A stretch of 32,084 nucleotides of DNA. Origin: Mesotaenium endlicherianum. Its lineage: Eukaryota. Under the pieces are notes generated by a model that saw only the letters and a program-made list of their open reading frames with translations, was not told the origin of the DNA and searched no databases. The position numbers and the translations under genes are program-made. Location of the stretch: NCBI GenBank assembly GCA_009602735.1, contig WELA01001083.1:1-32084 (forward strand). Direction: 5' to 3'. Positions 9,334-21,244 of the stretch are shown one piece after another. Each line of letters opens with the position of its first letter. Within the stretch, counting starts at the first letter, position 1.

Positions 9334-11109
9334 ATGGATTTGAAGAATGCTGACAGGAGCTTCTTGTCGGAAGGTCCCCGTAAGAAGCGTCGAAGGGACG
9401 ATTCGCTGAACATATCTGAGCGCCCCGACAAGACGACTGTGGATACCATGTCCCCAGGCACGACCATCCATGATCTGCCAGACGACATTCTGCAGCTTAT
9501 TGTGCAAAAAGCCTTGTCCGGTGCAAACAAGGGTGATGGTGGCGAGTGTGAAGATCTCTATAGGGGAGTTTGCAACAGATGGAGGATGATTGTCAATGGC
9601 TGCGCAAAGATCGTGTCCTTGAGGGCGCCTGAGGGTAACGCGGATGGGGTGCTCGCTGTGCTACAGTCACTCAGCCGCGTGAGTACTGTCCGATTGGTAG
9701 AGAACGCAGGGTGGAGTGGGTTCAACGTCGGACAGCTTCTGTGGGGCATGGCCACGGGACTGCCTTCAATGAAAAAAGTGAACTTGAAAATTATGTGTTA
9801 CGGATAAGAGGCCTTACCCGATCTCGCCTACTTCCTCTCCCACAGGACTGGGCTTCAGGAGCTGCGCTTGTCCTTCTGCAGCCTGGACGCTGAGGGACAG
9901 CCTGTCGCGGGGCAGCTTTTTGATGAACGTGCCCGTGCTCTGCTGGAGGATGTCGACTTCGGCAATCTGACACACGTGGAGGCATTGGACCTGAGATACG
10001 ACCCCTAAATGTTTCCCGAGGACCAGAGAAGTTTGTCCTTGAGTAGGTCAATATTGGGAATGCAGCGCCTGGAGGCGCTGGACTTGGAGCTCTCAGGCAT
10101 GGCGCAGGTGTACCAGCTGCCCCCTTGGCTGACAGAGCTGCGGGCGAGTGTGACCCTACTTCTGATGGACAAAGCGGCAGACAAAGGACTGCCCTGTGAA
10201 GTTCAGTACTCGGACTCGCTGCGCTTTCTCCAGCGGCTTTGGGTCGGGGCATTCCATAAGGGCCTGGATGAGAGTGCTTCGGACACCATTGCCAGGGTGC
10301 CGAACCTCACGTCATTAGATGTCCTGGTTTCGAGACTGGTCGTTTATGAGGAGTCCGCATGGCAGGGCCTTTCTAGCCCTGGTCTGAAGAGGTTGCGATT
10401 CTACTGTGGAAATGTACCAGTCGTGAGGAGGCCGATGCCGCTTCTGGAAGACCTGATTCTCAACATACCATAGCAGACTTTCTTTCAACGGAAATTATTT
10501 GCATTTACCCCCCAGCTCCGGTCTTTATACCTGGAGCTTCACCATGCAAGGTATTGGCCCGACTTTGGGCGCCTGCCTCAGCAGCTGACGTCCTTGGCCG
10601 TGCTCACCCGCTGCGCCGAGGTGACTGGCTCCACACTGCACCTCGACGTGGGCCGCCTGCAGGCCCTGCAGAAGCTCCGCCTGTCGTGCGTGCTGCTGAA
10701 GCGCGTGGCCGGCGTGGCCAGGCTCCTCGCCAGCACCGCTGTCACCATGCACTGCGGGTGTCTCGTCAGCACCACCCGGACTTTCGTATATCAGGCTGAG
10801 TGCCGGCAGTTTGGGAGCTATGCCCAGTATGCACCGGCGGGACAGGGTTGCCAATTCCTGCCACTTGGCGCAGCTAGGGAGTTGTTCTCAGATTCCAGGG
10901 CCTAGCTGCCGGTTGGTGGTGTCTCCGTGGCCTCTGCGGGCAGCAAGGCTGTCCAGCCGGAAGTGCCCTGCCTCACAACAAAGAGGGGCGAGAACGTCGG
11001 CTGGCGCTCGGGGACGACGTTCTGGTGCGACGAGCGGAAAGCACCATCGCCCACGCCAGCCTGGCTCAGGCTGCTGAGACGCAAGGTGCTGAGGCGCGAG
11101 ATGCGGTGA
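9334..11109 (+). pseudogene. Intronless F-box/leucine-rich-repeat gene with four in-frame stops
   Basis: ORF-track pieces 9274-9807, 10009-10473, 10594-10905 and 10927-11109 share one frame. F-box TIHDLPDDILQLIV...VCNRWR, basic NLS-like PRKKRRR, many LxxLxL repeats (GLQELRL, RLEALDL, NLTSLDV, GLKRLRF, LLEDLIL, QLRSLYL, ALQKLRL). Stops TAA 9805, TAA 10006, TAG 10471, TAG 10903; final TGA 11107. Confidence 0.8.
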
Positions 11110-11790
11110 GAATCCACGACATGAACGCTTGCAGTCGTCTTTGTGCATAGAATGGTGGTGTGAGTGTCGTGCTGATGTCGGCTGCTTCCACTCCCAGTTG
11201 CCTGCTCAGATCGCCATCTGGAGTTGTGCATTTGTGATGGCACCTCTAAAATTCCACCAAAGGAGGGAAGGAGGAAAGGGGGGAGAGAGAGAGGGACAGA
11301 GAGAGCGTTTGTGAGTATCCTTGTATGTGCCTGTATGGGGGCATACATTGTTGGTTTTCATGCTGGTGCACTTACCGTGACGCCACCTGTTGCCTCTGCA
11401 TTGCGGCACCTGTCAGCTGTGGGGTACCCCCCGTCCTCAAGATCTTCCATATAACAACAGCAGCGTGTGTGGAGAGGAAGGAAGGGAGTCACTCAGGGTG
11501 GGGAAGGCAAAAGGGGGGGTAAGGAGGTCAAATTTGCGACAGTGCAGGTGGGTGCTCCCTCCGACTAACGACACCCGTCCAGGGGCTTGCACGCGGCGAC
11601 AGCTGCAGTAATGGCACTGTTTCGACTTCTACTAGATGACATGGGAGATAGAGGGGCTTACTGCGGGGTCAGTAGGTGTCAATAAGGGGAGTCCAACCCC
11701 TGCTCCTTCAGGTCTATGACACGAGCGAGAGGGGAGAGGGGCTTGAAGGCAACAGCTGCGATTAGGACTGATGTCAAATCGGTGACTGCA

Positions 11791-12492
11791 TGTAATGAAT
11801 CAGTATATTAGTAGATATAATAGTTAATTAAGTTCAGCCTGCTGAACTTTAGTTAATAGTCAATCTGTTGGACTTTACATAATTATCAATTTAATGACTT
11901 AGCCGGAAGCAGCAGGCTGAAGTCCATATAAGTCAGCTTGCTGACACATTCTTTGACAGCCAGCTGACTTCCGTACTCGGTAGCAGCGAACTGCCTTGAT
12001 ATGCATCTAAGTACGAAATGCTAGATGAATGGCCAGATGACCTCCCTATGATGGATGGCTATTCGGGATGATGGGAGATGGCGGTGGATTTGGTTAACCG
12101 AGGTCCTACCAACGTGGTTAACTCCCGGGTAGGCGGTGCCATCGCACTGACCGTTGAACAGTAAACTCATTCCATGTACATATGCTAGGCATTGCCCTCG
12201 AGTTCGGCATTCGGAAACGAGGCCAACTCTCTTGTACAGCTTACTGAGAGAGATCTGAATCCAAGGCGAGAAGCCATTGATACGCACTGTCTTCTAACCT
12301 TGCTTATGTATGAGTTTACTGATTTGCATTATTGATGCTAGTTTACTCGCATTTGACTCACGAGTATTATTCACTGCTAGTGTGTTGTCCTTTGCCGTTT
12401 AACCAGTTAACGGAAATACCATAAAGATTACTTGCTGATATAAAGATTTTTATTAATTGTTAATTGCCTATTTGGTAAGACGATTCATTTCA
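11791..12492 (+). repeat. Outer 5' LTR (702 bp; 17-bp deletion near its start relative to the 3' LTR)
   Basis: TGTAATGAATC...GATTCATTTCA, followed by PBS at 12494-12505. Confidence 0.95.
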
Positions 12493-12526
12493 GTGGTATC
12501 GGAGCAGTCATCACAGTCTTCTTTGT

Positions 12527-13354
12527 ATGGTAAGGACAAGGTCTCAAACTAGCAACTCTCGAAACATGGAGAACCAGGATAACGAGAATGTCGAAAACCA
12601 GGCGGAAAGCCATGTAGCGGGAACCCGTACCTATTCTGAAGCAGTAGCAGATACTGCAGCTAGGGAGGCTGCAGATGAGGCAGCTGCTATTGCCGCAGTC
12701 GCAGCACAGCGAGCTGAGGAGGAGAGAGCCAGGCTAGAACCTGAACAAATAGCAAAGGCCGCTGAAGATATACAAAGGAGGGAAGGACAGCCAGCTGACG
12801 AGCGCACTGTTGAAGAACTTATGGCATCAAGGGCCAATGTTCTGAACCCACCTCCTGCTGTACAACTCAATGTACCCCTAGGTCAAATACGTGACCGGCT
12901 GAATGCGGCAGGAATTGCTGCTGCAGGAGCAAGAGGGATTGTTGAGGACACTACTCAGCGAGTAGATGCCAATGCTGCTGCTGCATTTGCTAATCTACCA
13001 CCCCAAAATGTAGACTTGGGAGCATTGTTCGTTCAGATGCAGTCGCAAATGGCGACCATGTATCAGTCCCAACAGGAGGACAAAAGAATCATAATGTCCC
13101 TACTGCGGGACGAGGACCAACTGGGGTCTCAAACCACTAGTGGTGGTGGCCGAGGGCCTAGTAAGCCCAAGCCAAAAGCTCCCCAGGAATATGATCCTGA
13201 GGGAAACCGAAAATATTACCTGATCAAGTTTCTCGCGGATGTTAAGCAGTGGCTGGAGAACTACCCAGAACTGCAAGATCACGAGAAGGTCAGGCACACC
13301 GGTGCGCTACTGAAAGGCAGTCTCGCAGACTGGTGGCTTTACTGGAAAGGAGAG
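12527..13354 (+). pseudogene. gag: Truncated gag (first ~276 codons), fused directly to the middle LTR
   Basis: Close homologue of the 492-aa gag up to WWLYWK; the LTR start TGTAATGAATC follows at 13355. Confidence 0.9.
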
Positions 13355-13776
13355 TGTAATGAATCAGTATATTAGTGGATATAATATTCATTTAAATCTA
13401 ATAGTTAATTAAGTTCAGCCTGCTGAACTTTAGTTAATAATCAGTCTGCTGGACTTTACATAATTATCAGTTTAATGACTCGGCCGAAAGCAGCAGGCTG
13501 AAGTAAACTTAAGTCAGCTTGCTGACACATTCTTTGACAGCCAGCTGACTTCCGTGCTCGGTAGCAGCGAATTGCCTTGAGATGCATCTAAATACGACAT
13601 GCTAGATGAATGGTCAGATGACATATTTTACTCGCATTTGACTTACGAATATTATTCCCTGCTAGTGTATTGTCCTTTGCCGTTTAACTAGTTAACGGAA
13701 ATACCATAAGATTACTTGCTGATATAAAGATCTTTATTAATTGTTAATCGCCTATTTGGTAAGTCGATTCATTTCA
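13355..13776 (+). repeat. Middle LTR with ~297-bp internal deletion (422 bp)
   Basis: Both termini intact; the sequence jumps from CAGATGACAT to TTTACTCGC near 13625; PBS at 13778-13789. Confidence 0.93.
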
Positions 13777-13810
13777 GTGGTATCGGAGCAGTTATCACAG
13801 TCTTCTTTGT

Positions 13811-15289
13811 ATGGTAAGGACAAGGTCTCAAACTAGCAACTCCCGAGACATGGAGAACCAGGATAACGAGAATGTCGAAAACCAGGCGGAAAGCCATGTA
13901 GCGGGAAACCGTACCTATTCGGAAGCAGTAGCGGATACTGCAGCTAGGGAGGCAGCAGATGAGGCAGCTGCTATTGCCTCAGTCGCAGCTCAGCAAGCTG
14001 AGGAGGAGATAGCCAGACTAGAAGCTGAACAAGTAGCAAAGGCCGCTGAAGATATACAAAGGAGGGAAGGACAGCCAGCTGACGAGCGCACTGTTGAAGA
14101 ACTTATGGCATCAAGGGCCAATGTTCTGAACCCACCTCCTGCCGTACAACTCAATGTACCCCTAGGTCAAATACGTGACCGGCTGAATGCGGCAGGAATT
14201 GCTGCTGCAGGAGCAAGAGGGATTGTTGAGGACACTACTCAGCGAGTAGATGCCAATGCTGCTGCTGCATTTGCTAATCTACCACCCCAAAATGTAGACT
14301 TGGGAGCATTGTTCGTTCAGATGCAGTCGCAAATGGCGACCATGTATCAGTCCCAGCAGGAGGACAAAAGAATCATAATGTCCCTACTCCGGGACAGAGA
14401 CCAACTGGGGTCTCACACCACTAGTGGTGGTGGCCGAGGGCCTAGTAAGCCCAAGCCGAAACCTCCCCAGGACTATGATCCTGAGGGAAACAGAAAATAT
14501 TACCTGATCAAGTTTCTCGCGGATGTTGAGCAGTGGCTGGAGAACTACCCAGAACTGCAAGATTACGAGAAGGTCAGGCACACCGGTGCGCTACTGAAAG
14601 GCAGTGCCGCAGACTGGTGGCTTTACTGGAAGGAAGAGCGTATGGCTCGGCAACTCGGTGACCCTACGTGGGTAGAGTTTGTCGAGAAGTTGCATGAGAA
14701 GTTTGATGTCATCAACCAGCAGGAGAAAGCTATCTATGCGATGATCTCCCTGACACTGAAGCAGACCACTTCAGTTGCTGAGTTTGCTCAAAAGTTCCAA
14801 GAGAACATGATGAAGCAGCCTGATTTGCCAGAACGGTATAGGATAGCATACTTCAGGTATGGCTTGAAATCCGAGGTCTCTGGTCATTTTGCTGAGAAAA
14901 AGTATGAGAAACTGGCTGACTTGATCCAGGATGCTGACGCCTGGGATCAGCAGCAGTTCAATCACAAGCGCCAGAGTAACGCTTTGGTGTCTAAGATTGT
15001 CAAAAAGCCCCACGGTTCCTACAATGCAGTTGAAGGAGACCAGGCTGAGGATAATCAGGGTGATGAATATGAGTATGAGTACAATGCTATTCAGTCTAGA
15101 GGTAGAGGTGGTCCCTCTCGAGGTGGCTATGGAAGGGGTGGTGGTAGGACTAAGCCGAGACCAGCCTCAGCAAAATCTACTTGCTACCATTGTCAGCAGA
15201 AAGGCCACTACAGAGAACAGTGTCCGGTCAAGCACCTGCCTAAGGTCGAGAGAAAAGACCAGCCTTTAAAAGACAGCAACAGTCAGTAA
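13811..15289 (+). CDS. gag: Gag of copy B (intact, 492 aa)
   Basis: Matches copy A gag apart from one K>M change that I could see; CCHC knuckle. Confidence 0.95.
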   Translation: MVRTRSQTSNSRDMENQDNENVENQAESHVAGNRTYSEAVADTAAREAADEAAAIASVAAQQAEEEIARLEAEQVAKAAEDIQRREGQPADERTVEELMASRANVLNPPPAVQLNVPLGQIRDRLNAAGIAAAGARGIVEDTTQRVDANAAAAFANLPPQNVDLGALFVQMQSQMATMYQSQQEDKRIIMSLLRDRDQLGSHTTSGGGRGPSKPKPKPPQDYDPEGNRKYYLIKFLADVEQWLENYPELQDYEKVRHTGALLKGSAADWWLYWKEERMARQLGDPTWVEFVEKLHEKFDVINQQEKAIYAMISLTLKQTTSVAEFAQKFQENMMKQPDLPERYRIAYFRYGLKSEVSGHFAEKKYEKLADLIQDADAWDQQQFNHKRQSNALVSKIVKKPHGSYNAVEGDQAEDNQGDEYEYEYNAIQSRGRGGPSRGGYGRGGGRTKPRPASAKSTCYHCQQKGHYREQCPVKHLPKVERKDQPLKDSNSQ

Positions 15290-15306
15290 TCCAGTCTACT
15301 GACTGT
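15265..15306 (+). promoter_or_regulatory. Putative -1 programmed ribosomal frameshift signal (T TTA AAA plus 10-bp stem-loop); mirrored at 5844-5885 in copy A
   Basis: X XXY YYZ heptamer in the gag frame at 15265-15271; 7-nt spacer; ACAGTCAGTA/TACTGACTGT stem; pol is in the -1 frame and open across the site. Confidence 0.75.
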
Positions 15307-18300
15307 GAGGATGCTAGAGATAGTGAGTCGTCACTAGCTGCCCTCGTAGCAGGTATTATGGGTCCTGCTGAACTGGATTCACTATGCATGCCTGACAACC
15401 TGATAAAGGAGACCATCAGCAATATAGACGTCCAGAGAGTGCACACTCTGGATGCTCTTGTTCCACCTGATGTCCAACATTTCTTTGCTAAGTCAGGAGA
15501 ACAATGCGAAAGTCAGGAAAAGACAGTCCCCCCTATTCTCCTGCATTGCACGATTGCAGGTAGGAAGGTGAGGGCATTTGTTGACAGAGGGACGTCACAT
15601 ACTTTTATCCACAAGGACTTAGTTAAGCGGCTAAGGTTGCCTGCTGTCATCCAAGGGAATAGAAAAATATTCCTTGGAGATGCCCCAAGTATCCCGGGAG
15701 GAGTTATAACCAAGCCTATTGAGGTCCAGTTAGGTTCTGGCATTGCAATTCTAACTTGAACGCTGACATTTGAGGTACTCAACAGTGGCTTTTATGATCT
15801 CGTGCTAGGCAGGTCCTGGCTTAATAGACATCAAGCTGAAGTGTGTTGGAGCAGAGGTACAGTTAAAGTGAGAGGAGCCAGTGATGGGCAGACTGACTTG
15901 GCACCCACCAGTGCTCTTCCTCTTGTCCTGTGTGGATGGCAAATGAAGGAAAAGAAGAGGCTTCCAGAAGGATGCAAGTTGCTGAATGCAATGGAGTTCG
16001 TCAAAAGCTGGAACCAGAAGGAAGACAGAATGTTCTGTCTGCTGCTAAAAGAGATACCTCCTCAACCTGAAGAAGTGGTTGAGAAAAAGGCAAGCCCTCC
16101 GGAGCACCCTACTGCTGCAAAAATTGTTGCTCAATACACGGATGTGTTTAATATGCCTCCAGGACTACCTCCTAAGCGGGAAGTAGATCATAGGATTGAT
16201 TTATTATCGGGGAGTGAGCCATCTTGGCAACGCACGTATGGCTTGTCTTATGTGGAGAGAGAGGAGTTGAAAACACAGATTGCAGAGCTTGAGGAAAATG
16301 GTTATATTTCTCCCAGTAAATCACCTTACGGCGCACCCATCCTATTTGTTAAGAAAAAGGATGGCAGTATGCGGATGTGTGTGGATTACAGAGCCCTGAA
16401 CAGAATTACAGTAAAGAACAAGTATGCTTTACCCAGGATCAAGGACTTGCTTGATACCCTGTTTGGTGCTAAGGTGTTCAGTAAGATAGATCTCAAGAGT
16501 GGTTATCATCAAATCAGAATTGCTGAGGGGGATGAACACAAGACTGCTTTCCGCACACGTTATGGACACTATGAGTTCAACGTGATGCCATTTGGACTGA
16601 CTAATGCTCCTGCTACCTTTATGGGTGCTATGAATGACATTTTCAGACCTTATTTGGATAAGTTTGTGCAAGTTTTCCTGGATGATATTTTAATTTTCTC
16701 TAAAGATGAAGCTCAGCACACTGAACACTTAAAGAAAGTGCTGGACACTCTGCGGAAAAATCACTTGTATGCTAAAATGAGCAAGTGTGATTTCTTTAAG
16801 GAAAGTATTGAATTCTTAGGCCACGTTGTCAGTAAAGAGGGCATCAGTGTGGATCCTAAGAAAGTCCAGACCATAAGGGACTGGCCAGTACCACAGTCTG
16901 TCTCTGAAGTTAGATCCTTCCTCGGGTTGGCTAACTACTATAGGAGATTTATTGAGAATTATTCCACAAAGGCCAGTAAACTGACTGACCTTACTAAGAA
17001 AGACATCGGGTATGTGTGGGGGGAAGAGCAGCAGGCTGCCTTCCAGACCCTTAAAGATGCCCTTTGTTCTGCCCCAGTGCTAGCCGTGTATGACCCCAGC
17101 AAACCGGTGCAGGTGGTTACTGATGCCTCTGATTTTGCCATGGGTGCTATTTTGTTGCAGCCTGCTGACAAAACCACAAAGGATGGTAAGGTACGGCAGG
17201 AGTGGCATCCTGTGTTGTATGAGTCTATGAAATTTAATCCAGCGGAGATTAATTACTCAGTGCATGATAAAGAGCTGCTAGCTATCATTCATGTACTCAA
17301 ACAGTGGAGAGCATACTTACATGGTAAAACTTTTAAGGTGATTACAGATCATCTAGCTCTGACCCACTTTCAGAAGAAGTCCAAGCTGTCGAGGAGGGAG
17401 AACCGCTGGAGCCAGATGCTGGAGCAGTTCCAAGTCCAGATCAACTACAAACCAGGGAAGTTAAATCCTGCTGATGCACTTCCTAGAAGACCTGACTTGC
17501 AAGAAAGGAACTTTAGTCAGCATGCTGTAGATAAAGTTTTGTGTGCACTCACTTCACTAAAGGTGAAAAAGTCCTTCCTTGAACAACTCAGGAAAGCCTA
17601 CCTTTCTGACCCAACATTTGAGCCCAGCCCCACTACTGGTGTGTGTCGTGCTACTGCACTTGGGTATAAGCTCAAGGGGGGGGTCTGGGTGTCTGAAACC
17701 ACTTCAGGCAGGCTAAAGCTGGTCATTCCTAATAACTTGGAAATAAGGTCTCTCTTACTGAGTCAAGAGCACGACAGGCTCCTTGGTGGACATTTAGGGC
17801 AGGCCAAAACTGTTGGCAAACTGGCAAAACATTATCATTGGGAGGGGTTACCCCGGGAGGTCTTGAAATATGTCAAGTCCTGTGACCAGTGTCAGAGAAA
17901 TAAGTCTCGGCACACACCACCCGGAGGTCTCTTGCAACCACTGCCCATCCCAGCTGGGCGCTGGGAAACTATATCCATGGACTGGGTGGTCACACTACCA
18001 AGAACTGCCAACGGGCATGATTCAATACTGGTAGTCGTGGATAAACTGACAAAAATGGTCATTTTTATCCCCACAACTGTCAAAGTGACTGCACTCGAAA
18101 CAGCGAGACAGTTTTACAACCATGTAGTATGCCAACATGGGCTCCCTTCTAATATCATCTCAGACAGAGACTCAAAATTTACCTTTAAGTTCTGGAGAGC
18201 TTTAATGGGGTTAATGGGAGTCAAACAGCTGCTCAGCACAGCTAACCACCCTCAGACCGATGGACAGACTGAAAGAAATCTGCAGGAGGTGCTGAGAGCA

Positions 18301-19064
18301 TATTTTAACCAAAAACAAGATAATTGGGATGACCTGTTGCCTCAAATTCAGTTTGCGGTCAACTGTGCGGTGCACGCGTCAACGGGCAAGACTCCTTTTG
18401 AACTCGGCCTGGGTAGAGTCCCTAAGTCCCCCCTAGATGTGCTAGGGAAGTCTTTAACTCACCCTGAAGGGATTGACAATCCGGTCTCCCTCCAGTTAAC
18501 TCAGGAGTTTGCTGACACACTGTCAGCAGTCCAACAAAACCTGCATAAAGCCCAAGAAAACCAACAAAAATACGCTAATCAACACCGTCGGGAGCTGACC
18601 TTTGCTAAAGGCGATTTGGTCAAACTGCATTCTCAGCACCTGTACCTCCCTGGTGTGGTCAAGAAAAAGCTTGGCCCTATCTGGGTCGGTCCATATTCGG
18701 TGGTGCGTCGTGTCGGTCAGAATGCTTACAAACTGAACATGTCAGCCGAATACAAGGGTCACCCGATCTTTAATGTCTCCTTCCTGGAACCATACATCAA
18801 AGGTAATACACTGTTCACAGGTCGGTTACCTGTCCACCGGGACCGATCCCCGCTGTCCGGGACGGCGACTCTGACGAATATGAGGTTGAGGAGATTTTAG
18901 ACGCGCGCTCGGTCCGTCGATCGTCTAAATAAGTCATGAAAAACCTCATTTGATGGAAGGGTTACGATGCCTCTGGGGACACTTGGGAGTTTAAGGACCA
19001 TTTGACCAATGCCAAAGGGGCGTTGAAACGGTTCCATCTTCGGGCCGCTGGAGTCCCTTCATAA
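15265..19064 (+). pseudogene. pol: Decayed pol of copy B (PR-RT-RH-IN-chromo)
   Basis: In-frame TGA at 15757-15759, protease DGG>DRG, ~9-nt deletion in integrase, 1-nt frameshift near 18837, stops in the chromodomain (18930, 18951). Confidence 0.92.
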
Positions 19065-19454
19065 CTGTCATTTCAGTTGACAGGGGAAGGTGACAGGCAA
19101 TCCTGTCTCCATTTAAGTTGGAGGGGAAAATATATGACAGTTAGTGAGCGAGAGCGATAAAGGGACAGTTACGTGAATCCTAAGTGTCAGCATAGTGACA
19201 GAGGGGACAGCCTGGCCCACATAAAGCTCCTTGAGCTGAAGGAAAAGGGGCCTCGCACAGCACTACATCACTTAACTCACCCTAAAACACAATCATACGT
19301 TTATGTTTAGCGCATCGCAACTACGTCAACTTTTAGCAATCATCCTGTAAGGTAAACAGCAGCGAATCCACTATACTAATACTAACATACTTCCTGCAAT
19401 CCCTATGACAAAGGTCCATATCCTACTAACTTGTGCCCTGGTTACATGTACAAG

Positions 19455-21131
19455 ATGGCTCCCCCCACACAAAAGGAGGACAGAAAGCGCAAGGCAGAAG
19501 ATGCCAGGAGGACAATGGAGCAATACCAGAAGGAGCTGGCGGCGACGTCCTTCACCAGAATAGAACAAGAAAGGGTCTGCAGACAACAAGAGGCGGCAGA
19601 AGAGGCACAGAGGAAGAAGGATCAGGAAGTGGAAAACCTCAGGAAAGCTGAGGAGGAGAGACAGAAGAAACAGCAAGAAGAAGCGGCAGCGGCAGAAGAG
19701 GAGAAAAGAAAAAAGATTGAAGCGGACAGACAGAAGAGCTTGGCCACTTACAGGTATACTGTGGTGGGTGGCCAAAACTTCGATAACCTGAAGGAAGCAT
19801 TGCTGGCAGCCCAGGAGATCAACAGGCTGGAACAGACAACACTGCTACAGAAGGAAGGAGCTACAGCACTGGACAGGTACATCGAGACACACACCGGCGT
19901 GGTCCTTTACGAAGATTATGCTAAGATGGTGGGCTATACAGCAGAGCAGGCCCGGTATCTCGCAGATGATTCAGAGGACAAGCCGGTCCCCATACCGGGA
20001 ATAGTGGGAGATCAGAGACTCATCCGGATGGTGAGCATGCGGCCCGATAGCTTTAAGGATACGGTATTCTACCTCACACTCCTGCCAGCTTACAATGAAG
20101 TTGAGAGAAGGAGCTGGGAGTACTTGGCCAGGGAAGCAGGACAGCAGATGTTCTCTCCCCACTGGTTCCCGTGTAAACTGAGGAAGGCTGAGCACGGACC
20201 CCAGTACTACCAGCAGCCAACAGACTGGAGGTGGATGACCGTCACAAATAAGAAGCAGGAGTGTGACCGAGCCCAACCGGATGACTTCCACTATGGCCTA
20301 GACGGCTATCTCATCCTACCACCTCACATTGCCCCTTGGGACCCCAGGCTGAATGGATGCCTGAGCAATATGAATGCAGAGACCAAGGAGCATAGGAGGA
20401 GGGGAAGAGACTACTTCTCTAAGGGAAAGCATGCCTTTGTCAAATGGGCAAAGAATGCAAACCGGATAGATATCAGCAGGCTGAAGGCCTAGCAACCTCC
20501 AGCGCGCCCTAAGAAAGGGAGGTCGGTAGACTACTCCATGTCTACTAGGGAGCAGGACGACTTAGTGGACGAGACCCCTACTCTCTCCAAGAAGGAGGAT
20601 GAGGAGGATGAGGAAGAAGAACAAGGCAGAGGAGAAGCATCAGCAGCAGGTACTCAGGATACCCAGGGGCAGGCGGGGGCGCTTCCTAAAGAACCACGAT
20701 CAGGTATTTGGAATGTGATCCCCATTATGGAGGCAACTGGACCCCGCACTTGCTCCCCCAGCCCACCTGCCCAAGCAGAGGAAGAAGTTGATCTGACTGT
20801 ACTAGGCAGCAGACACAGGTCGAAATCCCCAAAGGACAGGGGTGCCAGAAGAGGGACACGCGGGTGGGCCAGAGGTATGCCGGCCTCCCCCTCCGCTCAG
20901 GGGCATGTACCTCTAGCCAATGTATTTCAGCATCCTACTGGAATGCCTGTCTATGTGGGGATCAACACCCAAGTGGGTGAAGAGCAGGCTACCATCCTTC
21001 GTTCTCCTCGAGGCCCAACTTTAGAGCAAACAGGGTTCTTCAGAAGGCCAGTTGACAGATCTAGAGGGCTGTCCAGATCTAGGTCCAGATCTCCGTCTCC
21101 TGATCCTGAAGCCCCAGGAACAACCCCTTAA
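19455..21131 (+). pseudogene. Extra ORF (ORF3) of copy B, one frame with a single premature TAG at 20490-20492
   Basis: 19431-20492 and 20538-21131 are in frame; reading through gives LKA*QPPARPKKGRSVDYS, aligning with VRTQQPPPAPKRGRSVGYS of copy A ORF3. Confidence 0.85.
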
Positions 21132-21208
21132 GGTGACAGGCTAAAAACTCAGTCAGTAGGGGAGGCTGGTCAGGGTCAGTTCCTTTATTTAAGGCTTTTG
21201 CAGTTTAA

Positions 21209-21243
21209 TGTTGTCGAGGCGACAACAAGTTAAGTTGGAGGGA
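21209..21243 (+). promoter_or_regulatory. Terminal hairpin and polypurine tract of copy B
   Basis: TGTTGTCG-AGG-CGACAACA (21209-21227), then TAAGTTGGAGGGA, 1 nt before the LTR TG. Confidence 0.88.
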
Positions 21244-21244
21244 T

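Noticed and set aside
9274..11109. Genome-wide TAA/TAG=Gln genetic code
   Set aside because: Long Gln-rich retroelement ORFs use only CAR and terminate at TAA/TAG; kept only as a checkable alternative
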